NCBI GenBank assembly: GCA_001643675.2
Contig: LSRY02000037.1
Coordinates: 558,001 to 622,000, forward strand
Length of the DNA: 64,000 nucleotides
Direction: 5' to 3'
Origin: Monocercomonoides exilis PA203
Lineage: Eukaryota > Protista > Preaxostyla
Shown here: piece by piece, positions 26,323-40,279 of the stretch
How positions within the stretch are numbered: position 1 is the first letter of the stretch
Layout of the letters: each line of letters begins with the position of its first letter
Program-made: the position numbers and the translations under genes
Notes under the pieces: generated by a model
Told to the model about the DNA's origin: nothing
What the model saw: only the letters and a program-made list of their open reading frames with translations
The model's database searches: none

Positions 26323-26559
26323 TTTAAAAAAACTATTTAGAAAAATGATAATAACAGATCGTTCCAAAATAATTATAATTTCTGTGTGATCACAATACCC
26401 AGTAACAAAATCATCGGATGGTACTCTGTCACACTGCATTTGTTAATTAGAAATTGTTTGATATTGATCTTAAAAACCTTTTCACATCTATTTCTATATG
26501 AGTAAATAAATCCGTTCAAGTTCAAGTCGTGGAGTTAACCCGCTCAGATGAAGTGGAAA

Positions 26560-27560
26560 AAATGGGAATGAGATAACGAACCTGCAGTTGATGAAAAGAA
26601 CTCAAGTTGCAAGATTGGCAGCATCCAGCGAAGCCAGGCTGTTGCAAGATCCACACGAAAAGGGATTGCACCTTCACCTGGTTTGCGGTCTTTCAAAATC
26701 TGGCATTGAAGAAGGGGGAGTAATTTCTCTAATTCGTTAAAAAGGGCTGAAAAAGCACAAACCTGTGGAAGACAAATAGGAAAACCTGGAAAGCCGTTTA
26801 TTTTTTCGAAATCATATGAACTGCGAATTGTTACAAAGATAGAGGTGGATGCAGAAAAGGGGATTTATCATTCTATGAAGCAAATTGCAGAAATTGTGTG
26901 TTTGGAAAAGCGTTATTTATGATCTTTAATTTTTTTAACTCCCAGGCAAATGAAATAAGAATGGAAAAGAGAAGCGATGGAGATGATGTGAAATGTGTTG
27001 ATAAACACTGGCCAAAAAGATTTTTATCGAGATATCCTGATCTTAAGCTGAAGCGTTTAACACCTCTTCCAATTCATTGAGCTCTTCAAACTTCAAAAGA
27101 AACAATTGCTTTATTCTTTGACATGGTCTCAAAATTTTTTGAAACGACAGAGGTCATTCCTCAGTTGTTTTTCAACTTGGATGAAACTTCCATGATTTTT
27201 TATGAAAATCATTCATCAATAATTATCCCATCGTTGTACACAACTCCATCAATAATTCCTGAGCCATCTCTCCCTATGTCAACAAGAATAGTGTTTCAAA
27301 CTAGCGCTGACAGTGTCAGATATTTAGCGCCCTTAATTATTCCATATTCAAATCTTCCTGAAGAATACAAAGAAGCGACAACTGAAACCGAGGTTTTTTC
27401 CCCAGCTCCAATGGTCATCGATCAGTGAGCGGCTTTGCAGAAGTTTTCCAAAAAGCAATTTTGCCAAGCATGTTAAAAAAACGAGCAGCGATCGGAAAAG
27501 AAGAGAAACAATTTATTTCTCATCATTGGCCAATTCATCACAGGCATTATTAAACAGATT
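26560..27560 (+). pseudogene. pogo/Fot1-like (CENP-B HTH + DDE_1) transposase fragment
   Basis: KHWPKRFLSRYPDLKLK and LFFNLDETSM; truncated. Confidence 0.75.
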
Positions 27561-27611
27561 TGATAATTTGTTACCACCATTGTTTCGAATAGCAATAGTC
27601 TTTTGTTGCAT

Positions 27612-29030
27612 TTACACATACGTCCAACATTGAAAGATTGAGGACAAATAGCACGTGTTTCCCAAGTTCTGCCAACCATTCTTTGTGAATTGCATCAATT
27701 GAATATTATTGCTTGTGAGATCGTGAACCTTGGATGGTCCTTCAATTTGTTCAGAAATGTTAGCAGAAATCTGAGGAATCAAAGAAGGAGATGGAAAATC
27801 ACAAATAATATTATGATCGTATTTCTTTAATGAGTTGTTATTATTGTTCTCTTTTTTGTTTGTTTGATTTCTGTGATCCTTCGTTTCCTTATTGAAAATT
27901 TGATTCTTGTTTAAAATTCTGTTCACCTCATCATAGGCAGCATTTGGGAACATATGAAATTTTGTAGTGAGATTACTTTGAAGATGAGGATTGTTATTTT
28001 GCGATTCCTTTGTTTTATTTCTCTAAACAGAAATGATATCGTTCCAAGGAGATTCATCAACAAACTTTTCATAATCTTTAGGGTCTTTTTTGATTCACTT
28101 TGTCCTTGAAGAAGTTAAAATTTCTGTAGAGTGATTTATCATCAAGCTATTTCCTTTATTCCACTCTTCTTCATTTTGACCTTTTGAACCAATAAAAAAA
28201 TAAATAAATAAATAAAAAATAAAAATAATATAAAAACAGGAGATGTTAATACAATTAATTTTAACATTAATATATTGAATAGTTAAAAAACCTGATTTGC
28301 ATTTTGGTTCGACGTGTTGCTTGGGTGGAACTATTTTGAAACTGTTTCGTTCAAAGATTTGTTTGCATGATTGACTTTACCCTGAGTTTCGTTATTTCCT
28401 CAAAAAATTATTTGGCTGATGGACATCACTTGGATAAAGCTCGAAGCATTGTGGTTTGCGAATGAGTCGGAGGAATGTTATATGCAATTGACAGATTCAT
28501 TGGCAAAAAATAATAATCAGCTACAAAATAGAAATAAAAAAAAATTGTTTCAAGAACAATTTGAATCAACAAGAAGTATTTGAGCAAAACACACATTTCA
28601 ATTTCCTTTAAAGTTGTTTCATTGTTGAAGAAGCTTTTTCATATGGGGGAAAATATGAGACTTCAAGCTTTTTCATTGAAAAATTATGCACTTTTGATTA
28701 ACTTTTTGAGAACAAAAAACATAATGAAAATGAACCCATTTTCTGACATTCGTGAAATGTTGAAAAACCTTATATTTTTAATTCAATGATCTCTGTTTAC
28801 GGATATGAAAATCAAATTTATTTAAAAATCTGAGAATGCGATATAAAGTTATGAGTGAAACAATTATTTTGTGCTTTGTGCATAAAAAGCTTGAAATTCG
28901 GTATTTTCCCCCATTTCGACAGAACAAATAATAAAACAAGTCTAACTTTTAATCTCTTCCAATTCTCAAAACTTCATTCCCCTTCGTCTCAGCTCTGGAA
29001 TGAAAAGTCGATGTTGGAAGTTTTGAAAAT
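27612..29030 (-). pseudogene. Decayed 5' half of a USP-transposase family copy
   Basis: Matches all three exons of the 57809 gene: STFHSR...NEVLRIG (exon 1), PPTHSQTTMLRALSK...CKSG (exon 2), GQNEEEWNKGNSLMINHSTE...GWQNLGNTCYLSSIFQC (exon 3, USP Cys box). Confidence 0.85.
28645..28912. mobile_element. 268-bp MITE, GGGGG...CCCCC termini
   Basis: GGGGGAAAATATGAGACTTCAAGCTTTT / AAAAGCTTGAAATTCGGTATTTTCCCCC; flanks ATAT/ATTT; interrupts exon 1 of the relic USP-transposase. Confidence 0.85.
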
Positions 29031-30008
29031 CTAGATTTCGAAGATTCATTTTACATTAACGACGATAACAGCTCGGTTGTCAATTAAAAGATATGATCCA
29101 AACAACCTTAAAACCGAAAATATTGCAAACAGATTTATAAAAGTAATTTATCATATTCTTTTAATGAGGAGAGATTGCTTGTTTTTGAATGAACAAAAAT
29201 GGTAAAGAATCATTATTATTGCGAGAGTGAAGGTCTTTCTTTTTTGAACAATTATCGTCGGAAAATCTTGTCGAAAAAATTCAAGAAAGAAAAATGTTTG
29301 TTTTTTTATTTTTTTATTTTTTCAATAGACTAAAACAGTTCTAATAACATATATATTCAACGACTTTTTATAAGAGACATATTTGACCTCATTCTACAGC
29401 AACTTTGAGTTTCCGCACAATAAAACATGAACATTGCTGTTTTCCTTATCAGAAAATTCTCTTCTTTGGCTGTTGCGTTTTATTCACATGAAAAAAATGT
29501 TGATTTCATTTGACAAATCCAGAATCAGATTTTCATTATCTGATTTTCATTTCGTTATGTATTCATGTCATTGTTGAGGATTTTCTTTTTTTGCTATCAT
29601 TCCGTGTCACTCACTCACATCAATGTGATTTTTATAATGAATGTTAAAAACAATATTTGTTTCTTATATATTAAAGATATTTATTAAATATTTTCGTAAT
29701 CTGAAATAGCTTTTTTTCAATATTTCTGATATGCTGTTAAAATAACAATTTATGTTTGCAACTTGAAAAACGTGAGGACAAAAAGAATCTTCATAATTTG
29801 AATTATAATGTTATTCATTCAAAAAACCAAAAAGAAATGAAATTGAAGCTTCAACAAAAAATTATTTTAACTCATTCAGTTCATGTATCTTTCTTTTTTG
29901 TCAAATCATCAGTTGAAAATTATCAATTCGAGATATTTCTTCTCCATATTAAAAAAGGAAATTTGACATCATTCCCAATGTTGTCTGCAACATGTTTGTT
30001 GTAAAAAT

Positions 30009-30275
30009 GGAGCAAAATATTACCCTTCAGGCATTTTCATTGAAAAATTATGCATTTTCGATGAACTTTTTGAAACCAAAAAATTTGAAAAAAATAGGTT
30101 TATATTATGACATTCATGGAATGTCACAAAACTTAATGTTTTATATCAATGATGTTTGTTAACAGATATGAAAATCAAATTGTTTTTGAAATCTGCGTAA
30201 GTTTTAAAATGTTATAAGTGAAACAGTTTTTTCATGCATTGTGCATAAAATGCTTGAAAGTCCGTATTTTCCCCT
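30009..30275. mobile_element. 267-bp MITE, same family, AAAT TSD
   Basis: Collinear with 28645-28912; AAAT on both flanks. Confidence 0.85.
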
Positions 30276-30629
30276 AAATATAAATGTTTTGTGTTTTATC
30301 GATTTTTTTTATCTTAATGAAAAAGCAGTTAATGTTCTGGTGATGAATCTTTAATAGAATATGATTTCCCTCAGAAAAATAATTTTTATCTCTAGAAACA
30401 ACTATGCTTTCTTCTGTTTGTTGTAAATTTTATTTTGTGCATTCAAATAACAACTTATTGACAACCTCCTTTTCATTCTTTCTCATTCAAAACAAGGCTA
30501 AAAAACGCAGTATTAATCAGAATATGATGGAAATGCAAGATTATATGCTTTTTGAGATTGGAACTTTTGATGTTAATCAGTGGCTGCATCTTGAATTTAA
30601 ATATATCCTATTGAAAACAAAATATTAGA

Positions 30630-33069
30630 TCTTCGGAGAGTTCTGTGAAAAACAGCTTGGATGGATAAACATCTTACAATGCAACTTCTGCAGTTTCTTC
30701 TCTCACATTGGGAACAACAATCGCTGGTGTGAAAAGTTGAGCATAGAGCAGCTGAACTGAACGGAATTGAAACTTCGTGGAACTTTTAATCACTTTGGTG
30801 AGCATCTTGTTCAGATAAAACATTTGGAGCTGAAGAAGAGGTACTCAGATGTGTGAGCGGATCAATAAGTGATAAGGCGAATGGTTGCTGCAAGTATTGC
30901 AATGCCAATAGTGGAAAAAGGACTGGAGGCAGCTGAGCATTGAATAGAAGATGTGGCTCTGTCGCCCGCAGTGACAGCGCTGTTTGTGCTTGAGGAGGAA
31001 GAAAAAAGAGAAGAATTCAAAGAGGAGTCAATGAGGAAATATGCAAACAAGAAGGAATTGGAAGACCATGTTCTGTTTAAATGAGATCGCTTTACTCAGT
31101 TGTTGATGAAGAGTGTACTGCAATTTCTTCTTCGCCTTCTTCTTATTCTTTAAAAAAATAAATTTGAATCAAGTGCAGGAAAGAATAACGGAAATCCTCT
31201 CTCTTTTGCTTATCCATATATTGTGCACACTCTGTTTAAAATATGATAAGTTGAATTTGAGAGAAGTCCTTTTCCTTTTTTTGTGATTGGCAACATTCAG
31301 TGTTTCATCTTAACTGTATGAAATGTTTCTTCTGTTTAAAAAAAACTCCTCGATCTGCTTACTGTTGCTTGCATGTTCTCATTTCACGATTGCTATGTTT
31401 CATCATTTAATCTTCATCTCTCTTCTCGATTCATTTGAAACAGTTGTGAATTTTTTTTTGCACTATTGTGTTGATAAAATCAAGAGCAGAGCCTATCCGT
31501 TAGCATATTTCTTTGTATTTCGCATTTGTTGGATCCAATTCACAGTCAGCTATAAAACGTTCTAGAACTCACGATTCCATGCAGCAATCTTTCCTTATTA
31601 ATTTTCAAACAATGCTGCCTGCAAATTTCAACAAAGTTAAGTTCGAATAATTGACATTCTTCAAAAATGCACAATTGATTTTTGACTTCTATAATCTACA
31701 GATGATTGTTATTAATGTTTGTGAAAACTTCAAGAAAATGATTTTGAATAAGAATGTTTTCGGTAATTCAATTTCTATCGACATTATCATCAGCGATCTT
31801 TAAACAAAAGAATAGTTTCCACACATTAATGCTGGAATTTATGCTCCAAATTTTACGCAATTCAAAGATAATCATCTTCAAAATTGGTTTAATGGTATTG
31901 GTTATCGCCTGTTATTCATTGATTGATCCTAAGTCATTCTTTATTCCAAAAAAAAATTGATTCAACAAATGAAATGTTTTTTTTTTTAAATAAAAAAGAA
32001 ATGAAATCAGAAATTTCAATCAAATTCTTTTATTATTTTTTCAAAGTAAGTCCAATAAAGTAAACAAAGCTATTTTATGAACTGTCTGAGTTTTAAATTT
32101 GTTTTAAATATAGTGTTTACAAACCTTTTCAAGGAATTGATAAAAACATATATTTTATTTTTTAATTGACACATTTTCTTTAACAAGAACTCACACATAT
32201 TAAAGCTCCAACTCACTTCCTATCTCCCCAGTTCCATCCACACAGATGCGCAGATAAACGCTGACTGCAAGATACGTCACACCATATTAGATGGAATAGC
32301 ACAGATCTTTTGCTGTCCCGCATTTCTTGATATCCTTCACTCATTTCCCTTCAATCGATGAAACAACAATCGTCTCAGATAGGGAAGTCATTATTTAAAC
32401 ATTCAGATCCACTGCTTCTGCGCTTTCCTCATAAATCCCAAATATCGCGTTGTATCGCACAAATTCACTCTCCCTCAAGTCAAGCTTGTGCAGTATCTCA
32501 TTGATCTGTGTCGAGATGTTCTGGCACTCAATGAAAATGTCTCTCCATTTATTTCCGCTGTTCAAGTCAAACTTTTTCTTCTCAAACAGCATTCACAGCT
32601 CACCTGAACACTTCAGCGCCAGTTATAATCCCCCTCCTTGATTCATCGTCACAGAGCATACACACTGAATAACATTCGAATTCACCGCCCGGATCATGCT
32701 TTCCTTGCTCAGGTCAGCAAACACTGCTCCCCCTTTCGCTGAAGCACCTGCTGCACACGCTTCAAGCATGCTGTTGCTAATCTCCACATCAGTCGTCAGC
32801 GTTGTCGGTTCAGTCAGCACTCTCGCTCCACCAGCCAGTCGTATCACTCGTTGGATTGATGAATCTCTCAACATCAGATAACTCTCTCAATTTCCTTCGC
32901 TATGCAGGGGTTCTTCCATCGCAATCACTGACCCATTTCCCACCACGCTGCTGAACACGCTCACATAAGTCATTTTGCACTGGTAGCTTCTCGCCACATC
33001 CGTTTCATTGCTTTTCATCTTGTTTTCCTCAATGAAAAGCCCTTTCAAATTCAAACTTCCAGATATCAT
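30630..33069 (-). pseudogene. Fragments of large beta-helix/pectin-lyase-like surface protein genes
   Basis: VGNGSVIAM, EACAAGASAKGGAVFA, CSVTMNQGGGL and CGTAKDLCYSI motifs, broken by stops. Two separate fragments (30.6-31.1 and 32.2-33.1 kb). Confidence 0.5.
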
Positions 33070-33897
33070 GAAATAATAAAGAAATCATTGAACAATGAGA
33101 TGGCGAAGCTTTTATCGAAAGAAAAAAACAAAGTGCAATTAAAATTGATCTCTTGCCACTTTCAAAAAGCAAAACTCCTTGATTCATTTGAAAGACTAAT
33201 AAATTAAAATGAATAAAAAAACGGAAATAATTGTTGAAAACTTATTATTTTTACCATTTTTTGCTTTCTCGAATCAAATTTCAATTGATGTTGTTCTGAG
33301 TTCAGAGTCATTTGTTTGCATAAATACAACCCAATAAGAATAAGGATGCAAATGATATTAATTTGAGAATCAATAACTTCAAATTTTTGTGACTCAAAGC
33401 AGAAACAAAAAATGCTCACATTCGACAGAAAATTGAAAGTCGACATCAAAAATTTTCAATGAAACATTATATTGAGAAATTTCAGAACGAAAAAAATTCA
33501 TACAAACTTTGGAATTGTTTCAAATAATATTATTCTTTGCTTTCTGAACAGATTTTCTTTGTTAAACCAACTTTGAACAATTTTTTTGTGAAGTCAATTT
33601 CTTCTCCTTTCTGTTTTAAGAAGATTGACTAAAAAACTTTTTTGTCAAGCAATTTCGCTTCCAAACCCTTCTGAAAAAGCAATTAATCATCTTCAAAAAA
33701 AAGTTTTCATGAAAAATGGTTTTTCTCCAAAATTGATTGTGTTGTATCTGATCTGAATGTGACATATTCAAGATGTACATAATATACAGATAAAATACAT
33801 TGATTAGAGCAACATCGAAAAGAATGATAGAAAATATTATTATCAAGGCTCATGCGGATTTATGATCCCAAAAAGAATCACCCATATTTTTTTTTTA

Positions 33898-34103
33898 GTT
33901 AATTTTGTTTTAAATTCATGTTTATGAAAAATTTGAATATTATAAATCAGATTTTTATTCCAATACACCAAAAGTTTCGAAAATTGAAATAATAACTTCA
34001 TTAAATATTTTTTTCCATTTTGGAAACTTTTTGTGTATTGGAATGAAAATCTGATTTATGATATTCAAATATTTTATAAACATGAATATCAAACAAAAAT
34101 AAC
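33898..34103. repeat. Fold-back palindrome (~95-bp arms, short loop)
   Basis: ATTCATGTTTATGAAAAATTTGAATATTATAAATCAGATTTTTATTCCAATACAC pairs with GTGTATTGGAATGAAAATCTGATTTATGATATTCAAATATTTTATAAACATGAAT. Confidence 0.9.
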
Positions 34104-35124
34104 TTCAAAATACAGGTCTAAATTTTTTTTTGTAAAGTTCCTTTTGTTTTATTTTCAGGTGAAAATGAAAATTTAATATTTTCATTAAAATTTTATTCCA
34201 ACTCATCAACTTTCACCAGTATGTAATTTATCACATTGTCAAGATTTTGTTTTCATGACAGCGAAATTTGGTGAGTGGGAACAGAAATTTGATCGAAATA
34301 TGAATCTTTTATTTTATTTGAAAATAAAACAAAAGGAACTTTTCCAAAAAATTAAGACGAATTTATATATTCTCACTTTTTGCAATTATTTTTTATTCTC
34401 CTTCACTTTCTCCTTCACCGTCACTTTCTTCTTTTCTTCAACTTCTTCAACTTCTTCGTTTCTCAATTTTTTTGTGTGTTTTTTGAGAAAAAAAAACACA
34501 TTTATAAGATTGATTAAATATTTGTTTTTTTCTTAATACTCTCAGAAAAATAATTAATATGATATGGCTGAATTTTTTTGAAAAGTGACATCAGATCAAT
34601 AATCTGACCCAGGGAAGTTATAATTTTATCATTCCGTTTCCATAATTCAAATGAAAAAATCAAACCTTTTCAACAATGTTTGTTGGTTCATTGCAAACTT
34701 CTTTGTGAGAAAAAACAATTTGAAACAAAAAATAATATATCCAATTTTATAATCAAAATGAAAATTTCAGTTTTTGAATATGAAAAGGTTTTATTAGCTT
34801 GGACTATTTTGCAACTGCTGATTCGCGAAGTGCACAACGTATTCCTTTATAATTTTTGAACGAAAAATTTTTTTCTCATGTAATTAAGTTGTTTGTTATA
34901 ACAGAAGTTTTTTTATGTACAATTCGTTCCTGAACTTTTCTATAAAACAAAATTTACCTCCACATGTTTGATGCATATGAAAATTGTTTAATTTTAGTGG
35001 TTTGCATTTTGTTTCGACACATAAAATATATAACAATATTTTTCATTTGAACATATTTTTGAATTGAAAAGTTTGTTGATGAAAGCCAACTTTTGTTTCA
35101 TCTATGACGTAACAGACTAAGATA

Positions 35125-38100
35125 TTAATTCGTGCGAATTTTCAGGATGTGGAAGCACAATGAATGCAAATTGTGGATCGATGATGTTTCGTGCAGGGAA
35201 TGAAAGCGAAGTGAAAGTGCATGGAGGATCTTTTGATAGCTTCTTTTGTTTGTAATCCAACGGATTTGGGGAATGAATCCTTCTTCGATAATTGAATAAT
35301 AATCTGCTAACTTGATAACTTCTTCCTTTGGCACAAACACAAAAGTCTGCCCATTGATCAGCTGGAGATACTCTTGCACACACACCTTTTCCTTCATTGC
35401 GGGCATCTTCACACGCTGGAAACATCACACGATCACTCTCTCAAACACATTCTTCACCTCCATCCGTTACAATTTCATTGAAAATTCCACATCTGCTCGG
35501 CATAGATTCTCCTTCTCCAGAATCTTCAAAAATACTTCCTTTTCTTTCTTCTGTGACAAATATGAGCTACCTCTCCGCACTTCTTCATCCATTGTCCCTT
35601 CTGTTACTGCTTCACTCGGTTGCCTCCCTCTCGTCTGCAACACACGTCATGCTCCCGCATTGCCGCCCGCACAGGATAGCACCAAATACTTGTCTCATTG
35701 GAAAAAAGAACGTATGCAACGACATCTGTGTACCATATACCTTTTGAACAATGCTATGTGTTCTTGTAGCGTTGAACATTTGTTGCGGGATCAACTCTCC
35801 ATGAGCTTGCACATTCACCTTCACCGAACTCTTTACTCTCATCGTGTTATTCAGTACCACATCACACACACATACTAACCCGGCTCGCATCTTTTCCCAC
35901 TCTTCATCCTTCCTCGCCTTTTGCCCTCCTCATTCACCTCCCACTCTTCGCTCGCATCATTCACAAACTCCTTCACAACTACCGACTTCATCTGCAAGCA
36001 TTTGCCTGGCCCATTCAACCGCAATTTGCGTTTCCTTGTTTGCATTTATCCTTCTCTCTCTCCTTCATTTTTTTCTTCTTCTTTCTTTTCATCAAACGAA
36101 GTCATCTCCTTCACAAACAGCACAGCTGCTGTTTTCATTCTCCAAATAGAAGAACTTCCCCTTCCTCAACTCTTCTCTTATGCCTTCTCCACACAAACCT
36201 GCCGCGCACAAGCATCTGTCAGTGCGGATGCAGACGCTGCTGACGTAAACGTATCGGTGCCTTCAATCATATTCGCAGACGCAAAAGGAAAAGCCATCGC
36301 CCACTCACACGTATCGCTTCCCACACCTTGCCCCTCACATCCAAGTAGATTCCACAAATAGCCCAGATAGAAATGGCTCCACTCGATTAGAGCATTTCGA
36401 AAAGAAGCTACGTGATGATATTATATTTTCCTCTCCTCCTTCGAATGTTCATCCTTCTGAAACTTTGCAATTGGCGCTATCTCTTCTTCTTCCTCAACAC
36501 CACCTCCACCACCATCTTCAAAAGAGCCAAAAGAAACAGAACCAAAGTCAAAATGCTTATTCTCTGTTTCCATATTCAACAGCTTCTTAGTACTTAACTG
36601 AACATCCACAGAAAAAGAGTGGATCATCTGAAATGCTCTTCGAGGCATCGCTCCTGCTTGCTCATCCTCTGTATTGCATTCGATTGCATCAACGTTATCA
36701 GCATCAGCACTGCCAATACACCTGCTCCTGCCGTGTGAACCATCGACATTGCCATTCTTCCACTCAACCTCTCATCTCTTTCCATCTGCTTCGTCTGCCT
36801 CAGCTGCCCTTTCGCTTCAGTTGCAACTCCAAGCAGACACAGCATCAGCTTCAGCTCGTCGTTATTCCGGATGAAGCACGCACTTATTGTGCGAATATCA
36901 CTAAGCTGCACGTAGTTGAAGACAATCTTCTATATGTCAGATGGAATCCCTTCGAACTTATGAATAAATTCCCTTATTTCCGCAACATTCGTGTCCTTCA
37001 TCATGCAGATTCGAATAATCTTCTCTTTCATCTTCTTCACCGTCACTTCCATCTTCGACAAATCCCCTCTTTCGTTCAATGCTCGAACTAATATTTTTCT
37101 AATGCTGCTCTTCCTTCTCATTTTTCTGCTTCTTCAATCAACTCACCAACATTTAATTCCGATTAATGCGTGATCTCAAACAGCTTCTCCTCTTCTTTCT
37201 CGTCTCTTTCTTGCGACTTCAGCTGCCCTTCCGCTTTCTCCACCAGAGCCACACGCCTCCTCACACTCTTCTCCAGCTATTCTTCGCCTTCTGCCCCAGT
37301 TTCATAAGCCTCGCCAGAACAAATACTTGCTCCGCTGCATTTAGCCAAGCAGACAAAGCCGGCTCTGAATAATTCCTCGTTCAGCCCCACATCATATGTG
37401 CCCAGAAAATAGTGGTTAATCATCCACTTCTTTTTGCTTGCCAAACTCAGCTGAATGGCTTTCACAGAGAATTTCTTATCCTTTTTGTATTGCTAAACAG
37501 TCTTCTCCTCACACGCAAATTCATTGTATCGATAGCAAAGCTCTCAGAATTTATTCTTCTTTTCTTACCAACTTGCTCAACTCCTCAAACACATTGCAAC
37601 ACTCTTAAAAAGCTCTCACTTTAGCAGCACGCTTCTTCTTTTCCTTCTCCTTCTCCTTTTCCTTCCTCCTCATACTCCTTCTTTCTCCTTTTCTAACCTG
37701 TGTTTTCCTTCTCCTTCTGCACAGACTCAGATCCACGCCCACTACCTTCGCAACTGCGTGCTCATCGTCTATCACCACTAAAGGCTGAGTGCTCTGCACC
37801 TTCGCTGCAATCACATCAGTCGGGATAACCACAACATCCTCTTCCCTTCCATTGTCGCTTTATTCAACTCAACCGTCGTTGTCTCCCCCAAAAATCAAAT
37901 GTTCTTCCAGTTCAACGACGCTCCCATTCATTCTCCAATCACTCTGTTCATCATCATCTTCATTTTTTTCCTTCCCATCGAGACTGCCATCATCTCTATG
38001 CTTGCTGCAACTTCGCAGATCGTATCCCCTGCAACTGTGCTCGCCTCCTTCCTCCAAATCTTCTGCATCACAATCCTATGCATCAGTGCAGACTGCGAAT

Positions 38101-39490
38101 CCTTAGTATTCCTTCGCCGCGCTGCTGACGTCTGGCTTCGCTGGATGTATTCTTGCTATATGTCCAGCCTCTTTTTTGATGTATTGTACGAAAACTACCC
38201 TCTCGCCTTCTGCAACTATGCCTCCATTCCCTCACCTTGTAATATCTGCTGCGTCTCCGGATCTGGTTCCCCGTCTAACACACTCCCAAACGCATGTTCT
38301 CACTTCATCTCTGCACAATTGGTCAGAATCATCTTCACATCACATACTTCTGCTCCTTCTCTGCTCTGCCGTGAAGCTTCAATTCCCTTCTCCGTTGTGA
38401 ACTTCACCTTCACTGAATCATCCATGCGCAATGTCTTACGACGCTTACACTCCACAGCACAGCAGCCGAAGCTTCATCTCAATGTGCACATTCGCAAGGC
38501 GGATCAGCTCATCTTGGCTAGCAAAGATACCACAAGCAGGCTCGCACTCCTCTGCTTTGTACCTGAAACGTTCGACACTAACACAAAACTGGTCTTCCTA
38601 GTCTTCTTCAATAGTCTTCTTCATCCATGCCACCCCCCTGTTGCATATGGAACCAAAATCTCGCAAGGCTCCAGAAACGACTACTTCTTCGGTGTTGTGC
38701 TTATGCTGCATTTCCGTTCGTTGATTCACGACGCTGCACGACTTCTTGGAAGCAGCATGTTCAGTTCGTCCGGTACAGTCACAGGCCTCTTATCCGCTAA
38801 ACACACGTCTCATTCGCTGACTTCCTTGTTGGATCAGAACACTTCTCTTCGGCTTACCACCAGATTAAACAACAACGAGTATTCTGCTCTTCCGCTTGAA
38901 TTCTTCTTCCACTCCAACTTCCTCCGCCTTTTCTCGCTCTTCCAGTTATGCAAATACAATTGTCACTGACGATAATGATATATCCTTTTTCCTTATCTCA
39001 ACTCTCACCAGGGCCTTCTTCGGCATCTCTTTTTCTCTTTCTCTCTCTCCCACTTTGCATTCTGCAGCATCCAGCCCTATCACTTAGTTGTCCAGCTTCT
39101 CCACCACACGCCTCGACTGCCGCGATCGCGAAACCAACAGCTCTTTCGCCTTCGGCAGCTGCGACGTGTCAAATAGATCGTAGATCAACTGGATCACAAT
39201 CGCATCCACCGCAAAGATCCGCTTGCTCCCCGACTTAATGCACTCCAATTCTCAAGATACAGAAGCGGCTCCACTTGCTGAACTGAAAGCACCATCAGTC
39301 GCGCTACAACATTCCCGCAAAGAGTCTACAGCGCTTATTAACAATAACATTTGCTGTGCATGCGCACAAGCAACATCAGGCATCTCAATCTTTAAGCACC
39401 TCTCAATATCATTGTTAGTCTCTGATTCCGATAAATTTGACTCAGATGCAGCAGAAGCATCTGAAAGATCAATCAGTTATTTAATAAACC
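35125..39490 (-). pseudogene. Degenerate or intron-rich host protein-coding region, unassigned
   Basis: Higher GC, purine-rich minus strand, short Glu/Lys-rich ORFs; no recognisable domain. Confidence 0.3.
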
Positions 39491-40279
39491 AATGAAATAA
39501 TAACAGCGAAAATAAATGTGAGTCAAGAATTGAATCTTAAAAACAAAAAACGAGAACCTTTTTTTCCCTTCATTATAAATATGCTGCTTTTGTTAAATTA
39601 AAAATTCTGTCTAAAATTTTTGTTATTGAGTTTGTAATAGTTTTTTTGAACACAACCGTTGAAATCTGGTGCAATTATTTCTTTTGTGTATTGATGAATT
39701 TTTTTGTTGAAAAATACAAGAAAAAAAGACAAAACAAGCAACTTTTCATCTATTCTTATTCCAACAAGTAATAATGACAAAATTTTCGTTTCTATTCAGA
39801 ATATCAAACGAATATTCAAACGAATGTAATGAAAAAGATGAAAACAAATGCAAATAATAAATAAAAAACAAATAAACAGAAAAATGATATTTCCCAACGC
39901 TAATTCGAAAAAAATAAAAAAGTTAATATAATATTTGCGTATTTGGAACTCAATTATTGTTGATAAGAGCGAAAAAAGTTAACACAATAACAAATATTAT
40001 TTTTTATGGGAATGGAATGATCAAAATTTTGTGATCTTTTTTGATCTTTTGTGGGACAAAATTAAAGTCATGGAACTTTTCAAAAAAATTTAGACATATA
40101 TAACAGGAGAATTTACAGAAATGGAGCTATTTGATGGATCAATAATTTTTTGAAAGAAAATGGACGATGCTAATGCAGATGAAACAGAATGAAAATTATT
40201 TCATCATTATACATTTCTTTTTTTCATCACTGCCTTATGAAATATAATCTCTAACAGTCTCTCCCTCAGCGATTGCCCA

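Noticed and set aside
37605-38300. DEAD-box helicase C-terminal remnant (VVFVQY; IPTDVIAAKV...LVVIDD)
   Set aside because: Only vague resemblance; no Walker A, DExD or motif VI found.
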